IMG/VR virus record: IMGVR_UViG_3300033067_001633
Coordinates: 1-48,583 of that record
Strand: one strand, 5' to 3'
From: a virus
Lineage: Duplodnaviria; Caudoviricetes
Length of the DNA: 48,583 nt
Shown here: one piece after another, positions 1 through 9,233 of the stretch
Layout: the number at the start of each line of letters is the position of its first letter
Numbering within the stretch: position 1 is the stretch's first letter
The notes under the pieces: model-generated
Database searches by the model: none
Told to the model about the DNA's origin: nothing
Seen by the model: only the letters and a program-made list of their open reading frames with translations
Position numbers and translations under genes: made by a program

Positions 1-55
1 AGAAAATCTTCAGACTGACTGTCACCCGGCAAAAACCCCACGCCGTCATATTGCG
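1..55 (+). repeat. Exact 55-bp copy of primase-internal sequence 1587-1641 (probable assembly k-mer/chimera)
   Basis: 1-55 identical to 1587-1641, diverging at base 56. Confidence 0.9.
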
Positions 56-113
56 TGCGTGTGTTATTTTGATAAGGCACTAATTCATCAACTGGTAAAT
101 ATTCTATTTTCAT
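52..113 (-). pseudogene. N-terminal fragment of a ParB-N domain protein (ParB/DNA methylase type), fused to primase sequence
   Basis: Translates MKIEYLPVDELVPYQNNTRT, typical ParB-N start, then switches to primase QYDGVGF through CGCA microhomology. Confidence 0.65.
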
Positions 114-183
114 TTAATTTATAAATAATTTATATATAAAAAAACGGAACCCCATAGCAAATAATTCATGATTAGCGAAAAAA

Positions 184-227
184 CGGGGTTCGAATTACCC
201 TCGGTTAGAGAATGCCAAGAAGGACCC
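184..227 (-). other. cos-like packaging site (cosQ GGGTCCT plus putative cosN GGTAATTCGAACCCCG)
   Basis: GGGTCCT at 227-221 equals lambda cosQ; 21 nt downstream is a 16-mer identical to the contig end 48568-48583; GpA-type terminase is present. Confidence 0.7.
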
Positions 228-267
228 ATTTATTCATCCATCACACGCATATCAATCTAAAACCCAT

Positions 268-526
268 CCTACCTGTTCTGCACGTTCCAATTCTGTTCCA
301 ATGAACCCTTGATTTTATTGGCTCGGAACAAGCAGAACAGGTAGAACTAGTTAAAAGTAATTAAATATTTAAAAATACTATGGGGGTGGGGGGAAGACAC
401 AGCACCTATACGTGCCGATTTTGCTTTGTTCTGCCTGTTCTGCTCGTTCCAAGCTTAGAGCCACGCGGCTTTCAAAAAACAGCCTACCCGTTCCAAAAAC
501 ATTAATTACCTGTTCTACCCGTTCCG
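268..526. repeat. Iteron-like repeats, putative replication origin
   Basis: More than a dozen GTTC(C/T)-core repeats (e.g. CCTGTTCT, CCCGTTCC) in both orientations around an AT-rich stretch (about 350-380), directly downstream of the primase-helicase. Confidence 0.6.
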
Positions 527-3400
527 CTATAAATAAACCGAACCATCCTCATGATCATTCCAAATCGAAAGTGGGATTGTGAATTGTTTTGAGAAAATAG
601 CCCGTGCCTCATCTAGGCTAGGCAACTTATAAAACCGCTTGCGCTTTGGATTATCTCGACTAGGCTGTGATGTACCCAACCCCCACTCACTTAAAGATCG
701 ACCTACTACGCAAGGTATTTCAATATGAGCAATCTTATATTGCGTACAATAATGAACATAGGATTGCTGAACCACATCAACAGGACAAAGAGATGGCCAT
801 ACCTCGCGCTCATCCTCAGCAAAATGCGCATCTAATCGCTGCAGCCATCCGCGAGTCAGAACATCAAAATACCACTGCACCACAGACCCGCCTGAACGAA
901 TCTTCAATTCCCAACCACGCTCCGATAAATGCGCAGGGATCATGCGAGGATTCCAGTTGGAAATATCTGTTGTTAATAAGAAATGCATTAATGCTTCTTT
1001 ACCACCTTCATCCATTTCCTTCTTGATCTCAGAAAAATACGCATAATTACCCTTATACAATGGCAATACATCAGCCACCACATACCGACGATCATCTGCA
1101 CCACGCGGGACAGCCCAATTCTCATTGGTTGCAAAAATCAACCGTTTGAAATTTTGCACCTGGGTAATATCCCGCCCTTTACTTTCGATAGGCTGCACCT
1201 GATCACTAATCATCGACTTTAGAGCGCCTTGAGCCGACTTATCGCCACCCCAAATACTCTCATTGCAGAACACTAACAATGCATTAGCCAAATGTCCCGA
1301 AAAACGCCCCGTTACTTGACTCATCGACGTCAAGATTAGCGAATGCTCACGCCCCACAATATCCATCAACGGATCAATAAAGGTATTCTTACCGACACCT
1401 TCCTTGCCTCGAAACACTAATGCCGTTTCAGGCAGCTCCTGTGGACGCTGAACCAAATGCGCACACCAGCGGATAATGTAATCAAATAAAGCAGAATTAC
1501 CGCCACAAATCACATCAGCGACAAAATCCAAATATTTATCACAAGCGCCCGGCTTAGGCTCTACGCCCCATTGCGTCCAGAGATTCAGAAAATCTTCAGA
1601 CTGACTGTCACCCGGCAAAAACCCCACGCCGTCATATTGCGCACGTTGCGGATGATTCACCCAGAACGTACCCAGACCCACCTCTTCGCCTCGGTCATAG
1701 ACCTTACGATTACAGTAACGCGTCTCAAAATCGGCCTTTGACGAAAACGTTAATAACGTTCGCCGCATTACCCGATCATATTCACGGTTTGCAATTAATA
1801 CCCGTCCACCGACTGGCACTACTGCATGCTTTTGATTCAAGTCCAAGACCAACCGATCATCATCTGAAAGCTTGGACGAATCCTTTTTCTTCACATAAGC
1901 CTCATCGATTACCGCATGTAGCGACGCCTTTGGAACACCTACTTTTTTAGCAATTTTGCTTAGTAAAAATTCCCGAGCCGCCAATGGCAAACCCGAAGCT
2001 AATACCTGAGCGACTAACCGCTCAGTCAACACATCGAAATCGTCAGTTTGATCAATCAGCGATTCCAAATCCTTACGTGATAAAGCAGAGCTTGTCGTCA
2101 CTTTATCGGACGGTTCCTTAAAAGCGTTTGCAACCGCTTCTAAGCCGCGTAAACGATGCAGATCGTAAAATGATCTAGGATTCGATTGAAGCTCACCTTG
2201 ATTGAATGATGGTGTAATAACCACCCCTCCCACAGCATCAGAAGCGACCTTGCTAGAGCTCCTGGGGATTTCCTCATCCTTGGCCTGGTACCAATCAGCG
2301 AACAACATACGAACCGCTGGATATTGACGTCGCAACGCCTTAGCTGCAGCCAGCATACTAGCTGCAGATTCAACGACAGCAACAGCATACGCCGTCGCCG
2401 CCTGAATACTTTTGCCCGAAGGCAAATCCACGCAGACAACCAAGGCAGTATCAACCGTCCCTAACAATTGATAACTGCCTTCAGTGTTACGTGGCTTATT
2501 TAACCCTTTTTTGTAGGCGTCATTAAACGCCTTCAACTCTTGTGCAAAATTAATCGGTGCGGATTTACCAGTGGTATCGACGCTCCGCATTAATTTTCCG
2601 AAAATCTGAAGCGCATACTGACTGTATTCGATCGGTATACCTTGATATGCGCACTCATAACCCAACCATAAAACCTGACTATGCCGTCCTTTGGTTTTAT
2701 CTTCCCAGGTATGCCGCGCCGCTCGACTAGCCAATTCAGCGACCCGACTTTTAATGATGCCATCCTCGGCAGTATCAGCATTCCTCTGTGATTGCGCGGT
2801 ATTTTTAGGCGCATCATTTAAAATGGGCGGAAAAAAAGCCAGCATTTCATCACGCGTATACGGCTCAGCACCCGACTCATCAACAATACGCACTTTAAAA
2901 GGCGAAGTAGGGTCTTTTTGATGATAAAACCCAGGCACCCGCAAAACTCGGGCTAAATCGCGCGCATTAGGATCAGAACCATAATCCTGCACCATGCGCC
3001 GCATAATCCCGGCAAAGTCATCCCGAGTCAGTCCCTCACATAACCAATAGCGATGGAATTTCCCCGGGCTGCTCTCAATGGTAATATGCGGCTCAACCGG
3101 AAAATCCATGCCGCAAGGCGTATCTTCCTCATGCCAAATCGCGCGAATACGCGTAATATTCTCTAATTTACGCCCCTTGCCGTCCGTTTCATTGACGGTT
3201 ACAAAGACCCCAGCACCTGAGCCGTTTTTACCGGCCAACCACGCTTGTACTTGCTGAAAAGACCCACCTTTGATCCCGGCTAAACGCGGGTCTTTTCGAG
3301 ATTTAGAATCATCAAACGTTTGAAAAACAAACTCGCTCGCTTGCGGATCTAATAAATTCAGATAACGCTTGGCTTGTTTAAAATCTATGTGCAAATTCAT
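527..3400 (-). CDS. DNA primase-helicase (RepB-like primase N-terminus, degenerate Toprim-like middle, SF3/DUF5906 helicase C-terminus)
   Basis: ESSPGKFHRYW and RVLRVPGFYHQK primase motifs; Walker A GKEGVGKN; FATN and DDRRY motifs. Confidence 0.88.
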   Translation of the reverse strand: MNLHIDFKQAKRYLNLLDPQASEFVFQTFDDSKSRKDPRLAGIKGGSFQQVQAWLAGKNGSGAGVFVTVNETDGKGRKLENITRIRAIWHEEDTPCGMDFPVEPHITIESSPGKFHRYWLCEGLTRDDFAGIMRRMVQDYGSDPNARDLARVLRVPGFYHQKDPTSPFKVRIVDESGAEPYTRDEMLAFFPPILNDAPKNTAQSQRNADTAEDGIIKSRVAELASRAARHTWEDKTKGRHSQVLWLGYECAYQGIPIEYSQYALQIFGKLMRSVDTTGKSAPINFAQELKAFNDAYKKGLNKPRNTEGSYQLLGTVDTALVVCVDLPSGKSIQAATAYAVAVVESAASMLAAAKALRRQYPAVRMLFADWYQAKDEEIPRSSSKVASDAVGGVVITPSFNQGELQSNPRSFYDLHRLRGLEAVANAFKEPSDKVTTSSALSRKDLESLIDQTDDFDVLTERLVAQVLASGLPLAAREFLLSKIAKKVGVPKASLHAVIDEAYVKKKDSSKLSDDDRLVLDLNQKHAVVPVGGRVLIANREYDRVMRRTLLTFSSKADFETRYCNRKVYDRGEEVGLGTFWVNHPQRAQYDGVGFLPGDSQSEDFLNLWTQWGVEPKPGACDKYLDFVADVICGGNSALFDYIIRWCAHLVQRPQELPETALVFRGKEGVGKNTFIDPLMDIVGREHSLILTSMSQVTGRFSGHLANALLVFCNESIWGGDKSAQGALKSMISDQVQPIESKGRDITQVQNFKRLIFATNENWAVPRGADDRRYVVADVLPLYKGNYAYFSEIKKEMDEGGKEALMHFLLTTDISNWNPRMIPAHLSERGWELKIRSGGSVVQWYFDVLTRGWLQRLDAHFAEDEREVWPSLCPVDVVQQSYVHYCTQYKIAHIEIPCVVGRSLSEWGLGTSQPSRDNPKRKRFYKLPSLDEARAIFSKQFTIPLSIWNDHEDGSVYL

Positions 3401-3406
3401 ACAAAA

Positions 3407-3787
3407 TTAATTAGATTTTTTAACAAGATCATTCGTAACGACTTGATGCCATTTTTCATGACATGGTCGACATAATTTTGATGTAGGCCATGCTTCAAAA
3501 TCCGGAAATAATTTTTTAGGCGCCCAATGATGTATTTCTACATACCCCCAAGCACCACATCTTTCACATAAATCTTTTTTGGGCTCACATACAAATGCAT
3601 CACCCTCTTTTATAACTTGAGGAACATTTTTTTTCTTTTCAAAAAGCTGTGTTCTTTCGAGGCAATGAAAGCAATAATAGGGGTATCGATCTCTACCAGC
3701 TGAATCTATCATTTTCATTACTCTAAAATCAGGGGAAGACCCACAACTAGGGCAATTGTCGTTTAAGTATTTTCGGTTATTAAACAT
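3407..3787 (-). CDS. Zn-finger/HNH-like protein
   Basis: CPSC, CFHC, CERC, HHWAP and LCRPCHEKWH motifs. Confidence 0.6.
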   Translation of the reverse strand: MFNNRKYLNDNCPSCGSSPDFRVMKMIDSAGRDRYPYYCFHCLERTQLFEKKKNVPQVIKEGDAFVCEPKKDLCERCGAWGYVEIHHWAPKKLFPDFEAWPTSKLCRPCHEKWHQVVTNDLVKKSN

Positions 3788-3859
3788 AAAGGAAACTCAT
3801 AAAATTACTCACGACACCTGCGGCACGTAATGCGGCTAAAAAGTCAGCTTCTGAAAAGA

Positions 3860-4291
3860 TCATGAAATATTCCTAGCAGGAATGTCTTGATCTTTAATAA
3901 ATAAAGAATCATCATTTAATAAAATAAATAACTCTTTAGCTACTTCAATTGCAGTATCTATGGGTATGTATTTATTATTTTTTTTTCGAGTGTTATAAAA
4001 TCTATCTGGCATATAACCATGAATATTACCGACGAAATAGCTTGTTTTTTGACAATAATCTTCAAACAACTCAACTACAGCAGCATGTCCTTCATCGTTT
4101 AAATTACTTCCATACCAACGACCTGGACCTTCTTTGCTAATACAGTCGAACATTAAACTTGCCACAGAGCCACGCTGGCTTATCTGTATATAAGCCTTAT
4201 GCCGAGATGAACAATATCTGAAGTGCTTTGCATCTTCACCAGCATTAAATTCAGTAACCACAAAACACCTCGCTTCATCCATAATCATCAC
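3860..4291 (-). CDS. Hypothetical protein (AT-rich insert)
   Basis: 143-aa ORF whose start overlaps the helicase stop. Confidence 0.6.
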   Translation of the reverse strand: MMIMDEARCFVVTEFNAGEDAKHFRYCSSRHKAYIQISQRGSVASLMFDCISKEGPGRWYGSNLNDEGHAAVVELFEDYCQKTSYFVGNIHGYMPDRFYNTRKKNNKYIPIDTAIEVAKELFILLNDDSLFIKDQDIPARNIS

Positions 4292-5694
4292 GAATGCAAC
4301 TCCACAAACCGTTTATTCGCCCATTGCCTCGGATACTGATAGCCCCTAGCCTTACCGATCTCCGCTAATTGCTCAACCGATTGTGCCTGCTTTTCTTCTT
4401 TAAACCGTTTTTTGCGCAATTCCCGTAACCGTTCCGGCGTCATTTCCACTAATTCGCCATCCTGATGCACCGGTAAACCATCCCGATCCGATTCAACAGC
4501 GCCCGAAAATTCATAAGCACATTCAGGACAGGCTTTAAACCGTAGCGAAATCAACGCGCCGCAATCCGAACAGCGCTTGACCAGCGCATGCTTGCCGCGT
4601 TTAGCAATGCCCGACAACGACCACTCCACCGCATCGGTCGGCAAGCCATGCTTCAGAGTATTACCGGCATGATCTAAAATAATTGCCTTATCTTTACCAG
4701 GACTACTGCGCAACGCCCGACCAATTTGTTGCATAGCCAGCGCATAACTTGCTGTCGGTCTCAGTAAGATTGCTGCGGCAACCGTGGGTATATCCGTGCC
4801 CTCGCTCACAACATTGCACGACGCCAATACCTGCAGCTTTCCTGACCCCAAATCTTTAATCATCTGCGCGCGCTCTTTATCCGGCGTCGATCCCGTTAAT
4901 ACCGCCGCCTGATAACCCGCTGTTTTGAATTGCTCGACCACATGCCCGGCATGTTCGACCGTCACCGTAAACGCAATCGCCGGTTGTCGATCGCAATAAC
5001 GCTGGTAATGTTTGACCGCGTCACCGGTGATCGCGGATTTATCGACCGCTGTCGCCAATTGCCCCGAGACATAATCGCCGCCGCGCACCTTCACACCCGA
5101 CAAATCCACCGACTGTTCCGGCGCATACACCACCGGACGCGTCAACCGACCTCGCTCGATCAAATCCGCCACCGATGGCCCGACGATGATCTCATCAAAA
5201 AAACCTTGCGCATGCATGCCTAAACCTTTGCCATCCAAGCGGCACGGCGTCGCGGATACGCCCAGCAATTTCGCTCCGGCGTTATGGGACAACACCGCAC
5301 CCCAGGTACTGTCTTTAGTCGCATGGTGCGCTTCGTCGATAATCACTAAGTCAAACTTAAACCGGCCATTACGATCCAACTTAATGCGCCGCGCCAAAGT
5401 TTGCACCATGGCTACTTGCACCGGATGATTCGTCGCCGCGTGGGTGGGGGAAATGATCCCGTGCGCAGCGCCCCATAACTTTAATGCGCCGGAAATCTGT
5501 CCGACCAATTCTTTCCGATGCGCTAACAGCAACACCCGCAAGCCTTTTAAACTGGCTTGCTGGGTCATATAGGTGAAGCAGATGGTCTTGCCCGCTGCGG
5601 TCGGCAGCACCAATAACGGCGCGTGCTTACCCGCAGCATACGCCTGGCGTAATTGCTGCACGGCTAATTGCTGATAATCGTAAAGTTCGAGCAT
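4288..5694 (-). CDS. SF2 DEAD/DEAH-box helicase with C-terminal Zn ribbon
   Basis: LPTAAGKT, DEAHH, SAT, QQIGRALR, CSDC/CPEC. Confidence 0.93.
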   Translation of the reverse strand: MLELYDYQQLAVQQLRQAYAAGKHAPLLVLPTAAGKTICFTYMTQQASLKGLRVLLLAHRKELVGQISGALKLWGAAHGIISPTHAATNHPVQVAMVQTLARRIKLDRNGRFKFDLVIIDEAHHATKDSTWGAVLSHNAGAKLLGVSATPCRLDGKGLGMHAQGFFDEIIVGPSVADLIERGRLTRPVVYAPEQSVDLSGVKVRGGDYVSGQLATAVDKSAITGDAVKHYQRYCDRQPAIAFTVTVEHAGHVVEQFKTAGYQAAVLTGSTPDKERAQMIKDLGSGKLQVLASCNVVSEGTDIPTVAAAILLRPTASYALAMQQIGRALRSSPGKDKAIILDHAGNTLKHGLPTDAVEWSLSGIAKRGKHALVKRCSDCGALISLRFKACPECAYEFSGAVESDRDGLPVHQDGELVEMTPERLRELRKKRFKEEKQAQSVEQLAEIGKARGYQYPRQWANKRFVELHS

Positions 5695-5708
5695 AAATTT
5701 AGATTCGA

Positions 5709-6107
5709 TTAAAACGGTAGATCATCATCAAAATCCATATCCATATGGTTTTCATCGCCTGGAGCGGGCACGCCACCTCTGTTCGACACTGAACCACAGA
5801 GCTCCAAGCGCTCGACCAATATCTCGGTCACATAACGGTCCTTGCCTTGCTCATCCTGCCATTTTCTTGTTTCCAGACGCCCTTCTACGGATAACTGCGA
5901 GCCTTTCTTGCAGTACTCGCCGACAATTTCGGCCAAACGATTCCAGATCACCAAACGATGCCACTCGGTTTTTTCCTGTTTTTCACCCGACTTATCCTTA
6001 TAGCGCATCGAGGTCGCCAAACCGGCAGACAACACTTTGTTCCCGCCTGACGTCAACTTAACCTCTGGATCTTGCCCAAGACGGCCTAAGAGCAATACTT
6101 TATTCAC
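5709..6107 (-). CDS. ssb: Single-stranded DNA-binding protein
   Basis: [19 protein letters not shown], acidic DDDLPF tail. Confidence 0.96.
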   Translation of the reverse strand: MNKVLLLGRLGQDPEVKLTSGGNKVLSAGLATSMRYKDKSGEKQEKTEWHRLVIWNRLAEIVGEYCKKGSQLSVEGRLETRKWQDEQGKDRYVTEILVERLELCGSVSNRGGVPAPGDENHMDMDFDDDLPF

Positions 6108-6337
6108 TGCTTAACTTTCCTTTTTCAATGTACTTATCGCAATAACGATCTTTCACACCGTTATTACCGCCCCAAAACAGCTTATTACCGAGTAAGCGAT
6201 AGGCTTTATCAAGCTGCCGTGGTGATGGTTTTTCTTTTTATACGCCTCATATTCCGCGCATTGACCCAACCCCGTGCCATCACCGACCGATCCGGGATAA
6301 AATGTGCACAATCGCAGCATTGACAGCAGATTGCCAT
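6100..6337 (-). pseudogene. Small Cys-rich phage protein broken by two single-base frameshifts (possibly sequencing errors)
   Basis: Three frames join into MAICCQCCDCAHFIPD/VGDGTGLGQCAEYEAYKKKN/PSPRQLDKAYRLLGNKLFWGG...; each break is repaired by one extra base. Confidence 0.5.
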
Positions 6338-6340
6338 GCA

Positions 6341-6505
6341 CTAACCATCATCCTGAACGATCTGCTCCCGCAGCGATTCCATAAACTGTTCATACCGAGC
6401 CACCACCCACGGCTGATCGACAAACAACGTCGATAGCGTCAGGCGCAACTGATTCGCCTCGAAATCAAATTCAAATAACTGGTCATTACTGGCCTTCATG
6501 ATGTA
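6341..6505 (-). CDS. Hypothetical protein
   Basis: C-terminal part of ORF 6341..6544; start approximate. Confidence 0.4.
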   Translation of the reverse strand, partial: YIMKASNDQLFEFDFEANQLRLTLSTLFVDQPWVVARYEQFMESLREQIVQDDG

Positions 6506-6767
6506 CCCCATCCGCACCCAACAACACTCGCAACCGATCCACATACTGCATCAACAACCGCTGCCGCAGCTCCAGCGCCGCATAGGTTGAATCATCCACG
6601 CAGCGCAACTGCTCCGGCTTAATCTTGGGCAACATCGGACGCATCGGTACCGGAAGCTTTGGCGCCGGTTGATATACGATCAACGGCTCCGTCTGACAGC
6701 CAGCCAGACTCAAAATCAGCGCGCCGAGACAAATGCCCCGGCTCGACCGCCTGCAAATTCTGTTCAT
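6486..6767 (-). CDS. Outer-membrane spanin (Rz1-like lipoprotein)
   Basis: Lipobox LSLAGC followed by Pro-rich segment; overlaps the i-spanin in another frame. Confidence 0.7.
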   Translation of the reverse strand: MNRICRRSSRGICLGALILSLAGCQTEPLIVYQPAPKLPVPMRPMLPKIKPEQLRCVDDSTYAALELRQRLLMQYVDRLRVLLGADGVHHEGQ

Positions 6768-6953
6768 GTTGTGTTTGTTCCAATGCCGTTAAATTGGTCT
6801 GTACCTGCTGCATAGCCGCCAACGCCATTTCTGCCGACGATGCCCGTTTATGCAAAGCAATAATCGACTCCCGCAGACTCTGTTGATAGCTAATCTGCGA
6901 CCGAATCACCGCCAACAAAAACACCACCAACACCGCCGATGCAACCAATCCAT
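6619..6953 (-). CDS. Inner-membrane spanin (Rz-like); start apparently frameshifted
   Basis: N-terminal TM helix plus coiled coil; ATG at 6953 joins the frame if one G is added at 6945-6946. Confidence 0.62.
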
Positions 6954-6959
6954 AGAAAA

Positions 6960-7172
6960 TTATTTCGGCGCTCCAATCGGCAATACGGTCACGGTGCGTA
7001 ACCAAACATTCCCAGCGGACGCTAACATCGACACCGCCAAATACCATTCATCCGGCAACGCATGACGCAATAAATCGATGCTGGTACACAATACCGTCAG
7101 CATAGCAACCAGCACGTTGAACCAAATGGTTCGCGACAACTGCCAGGGTTTAATTTCAATGTTTTGTTGCAT
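6960..7172 (-). CDS. Holin-like small membrane protein
   Basis: KPWQLSRTIWFN start, two TM helices, LRTVTVLPI end; directly upstream of the spanins. Confidence 0.62.
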   Translation of the reverse strand: MQQNIEIKPWQLSRTIWFNVLVAMLTVLCTSIDLLRHALPDEWYLAVSMLASAGNVWLRTVTVLPIGAPK

Positions 7173-7362
7173 TAGTTTTTCTCACTGTTTTTTTTACTTT
7201 TGCATCATGCTTATCAAGCGGTATTAACATGGCTATTTTTCTTTCAAGAAAATCGGAAAGAATTTCATTTAAAGCCTGATCAAACGACATGTTATTAACA
7301 CTTGCAAACGCACTTATTTGCATAACCTGGTCATCATCCAGGTCGATATCTCGTTTTGGCAT
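7156..7362 (-). CDS. Hypothetical protein (possible small DNA-binding protein)
   Basis: 68-aa ORF in the cro operon. Confidence 0.55.
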   Translation of the reverse strand: MPKRDIDLDDDQVMQISAFASVNNMSFDQALNEILSDFLERKIAMLIPLDKHDAKVKKTVRKTNATKH

Positions 7363-7375
7363 TTTTTAACGCCTT

Positions 7376-7582
7376 CTAAAAAAACAAATGGTTAGGTATA
7401 TTCTTTTTTAAGACGGGAGTAAGTTCTTTAAGAGAATAATCAATTAACGATCTAAGCGCGACTTGATAAGGGATGTCACTAAAATCCGCTATAGCCTGAA
7501 CAAGAGCATCTTGATTATCCGTAAGGGTTATGTTTTTTCTATTTCTGTGTTGTTCACCAATAGGTTTTTTAGGTCGTGCCAT
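7376..7582 (-). CDS. CII-position small DNA-binding protein
   Basis: MARPKKP start immediately after the cro stop. Confidence 0.55.
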   Translation of the reverse strand: MARPKKPIGEQHRNRKNITLTDNQDALVQAIADFSDIPYQVALRSLIDYSLKELTPVLKKNIPNHLFF

Positions 7583-7583
7583 G

Positions 7584-7781
7584 TTATTTCCCCGCAAATT
7601 TTGAAAGTAAGTGTTCAGGAATGCTTTTACCGCTTCGGATAGCTGCACCAATCACCAAATTAATTTGATCATTGGTTAAATCATCCGGCCATTGACTGAT
7701 AGCAGATCTTCCTCTTTTAACAGCAGCAGCAAGGTCTTTAGCCTTGTCTCCGAAAATTTTAATAGCTTCTGATTTTTTCAT
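7584..7781 (-). CDS. cro: Cro-like repressor
   Basis: MKKSEAIKIFG...LAAAVKRGRSAISQW HTH; divergent from cI. Confidence 0.88.
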   Translation of the reverse strand: MKKSEAIKIFGDKAKDLAAAVKRGRSAISQWPDDLTNDQINLVIGAAIRSGKSIPEHLLSKFAGK

Positions 7782-7789
7782 AAGTCATT

Positions 7790-7852
7790 AGTTTAGTGAC
7801 TTGAACATTTATGTCAAGCAATTTTTAACAAGAAGTTTACTACAATAAACTT
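7790..7852. promoter_or_regulatory. OR region: PR (TTGACA 7817-7812, TAAACT 7795-7790), PRM -10 TACAAT 7841-7846, operator palindromes
   Basis: Consensus hexamers; GTTYAN-N4-NTAAAC-type dyads at 7791-7806 and 7835-7850. Confidence 0.72.
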
Positions 7853-8518
7853 ATGAAAACATTAGGTGAAAAGATTAAGGAATTACGATTAGCGCGCAAG
7901 GAAACACAACAACAACTGGCCGTTGCAGCGCACACAACTCGATCAGCCGTAAACCAATGGGAAAGCGGAAAAACTAAACAAATGAATGGAGAATACCTGG
8001 CGCGCATTGCACATCATTACAACGTAAATGCCTTATGGCTTAGTACGGGGGAAGGGAAACAATATCCCTATCCTGAAAATACTACTTTTGAACCAACTGC
8101 AACACCCTACGATATTAAAAATAAACTCATTCCACTCATTAGCTCTGTATCTGCCGGAAAATGGTGCGATGTCATAAATTATTACTCAAGAGATGATGCA
8201 GAAGAATGGCTATCGTGCCCGAAGTCTTGCAGCCAATATACCTACGTCCTTCGAGTCGATGGCGATTCCATGACCGCCCCTTTCGGAAAATCCTACCCGC
8301 ACGGCTCGTATATTTATGTCGATCCCGAAGCGCCTATCACCAACTTATGCCGCGTAGTTGCAAAATTGCCACATGTCGAGCAAGCGATCTTTAAACAGTA
8401 CGTCGAAGACAGCGGCAAACGCTATCTGAAAGCCCTAAACCCGCAATACCCCATGATCGAAATTACCGACGACACGCGCATTTGTGGCGTAGTGATCGGC
8501 AAGTATGAGCCGGAATAA
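7853..8518 (+). CDS. cI: CI-like repressor (HTH plus S24 LexA-type peptidase)
   Basis: N-terminal HTH (AVNQWESG), SAG cleavage site, VDGDSM and FKQY motifs. Confidence 0.95.
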   Translation: MKTLGEKIKELRLARKETQQQLAVAAHTTRSAVNQWESGKTKQMNGEYLARIAHHYNVNALWLSTGEGKQYPYPENTTFEPTATPYDIKNKLIPLISSVSAGKWCDVINYYSRDDAEEWLSCPKSCSQYTYVLRVDGDSMTAPFGKSYPHGSYIYVDPEAPITNLCRVVAKLPHVEQAIFKQYVEDSGKRYLKALNPQYPMIEITDDTRICGVVIGKYEPE

Positions 8519-8519
8519 T

Positions 8520-8714
8520 ATGCACAACGATACAGTATTTTATCGGCGACTAACGGTTACATTAGCGTCAATCGCATTTTCAGGAAACTTGGGAATGCTG
8601 TTCTTTGAATGGCTTGGAAGTACTATGGATCATACCTATTTAGCACTTCTGGTAGGTATCGTTGGCGGCTTGGTTTGGCAGATTGAGAAATATTTGTCAA
8701 AAAATAATAACTAA
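8520..8714 (+). CDS. Small two-TM membrane protein
   Basis: Hydrophobic ORF starting right after the cI stop. Confidence 0.55.
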   Translation: MHNDTVFYRRLTVTLASIAFSGNLGMLFFEWLGSTMDHTYLALLVGIVGGLVWQIEKYLSKNNN

Positions 8715-8721
8715 ACTTAAC

Positions 8722-9015
8722 ATGATTGATTATTTTTTTGCGCATCAAAAACAAGTCATCGTTGGTTTTACCTTATTAGGTTTCCTGCTCATTTGGCTTA
8801 GAAAACATATCTTAAAAAAGCAATATGCCCTGGAATCATTACTCGCATCAGGAATTTCATTAACTTTACTGCCTATTTCGTTTTTATTATTTATAGGCGC
8901 ATTTGACGAAACGCGTATCGGCCAAATTGATGGCTTAAGCATGTATTTAGCTATAGCCGGCTTAGCTTGTTTTTTTATGGCAGCAAAATACCTTGAATCA
9001 GATTGGAAAAAGTAA
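8722..9015 (+). CDS. Three-TM membrane protein
   Basis: Three hydrophobic segments, AT-rich, downstream of cI. Confidence 0.6.
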   Translation: MIDYFFAHQKQVIVGFTLLGFLLIWLRKHILKKQYALESLLASGISLTLLPISFLLFIGAFDETRIGQIDGLSMYLAIAGLACFFMAAKYLESDWKK

Positions 9016-9192
9016 CCCATAATGATCTGATAGTTGAACTATTTTCAATCAACAGCAAGGCCACATTATTTAATACAATACCAGCCACACACACTGTCAT
9101 CACCCTTCTTTCCGCATCGGACTTCGACGTAACCCTAAAAAAACTTTTTAAACTCATACAATAACCACCCTAAGCAATTAAATAACTGAACT

Positions 9193-9216
9193 AAACCGCA
9201 TTGTAGCGGTTTTTTT
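9193..9216 (+). terminator. Rho-independent terminator of the cI operon
   Basis: AAACCGC-attgta-GCGGTTT followed by a T-run. Confidence 0.75.
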
Positions 9217-9233
9217 ATGCCTATTGAAAATTT

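Noticed and set aside
1-1641. Terminal direct repeat or circularity from the 55-bp duplication
   Set aside because: The second copy is internal to the primase gene and the length matches a common assembler k-mer
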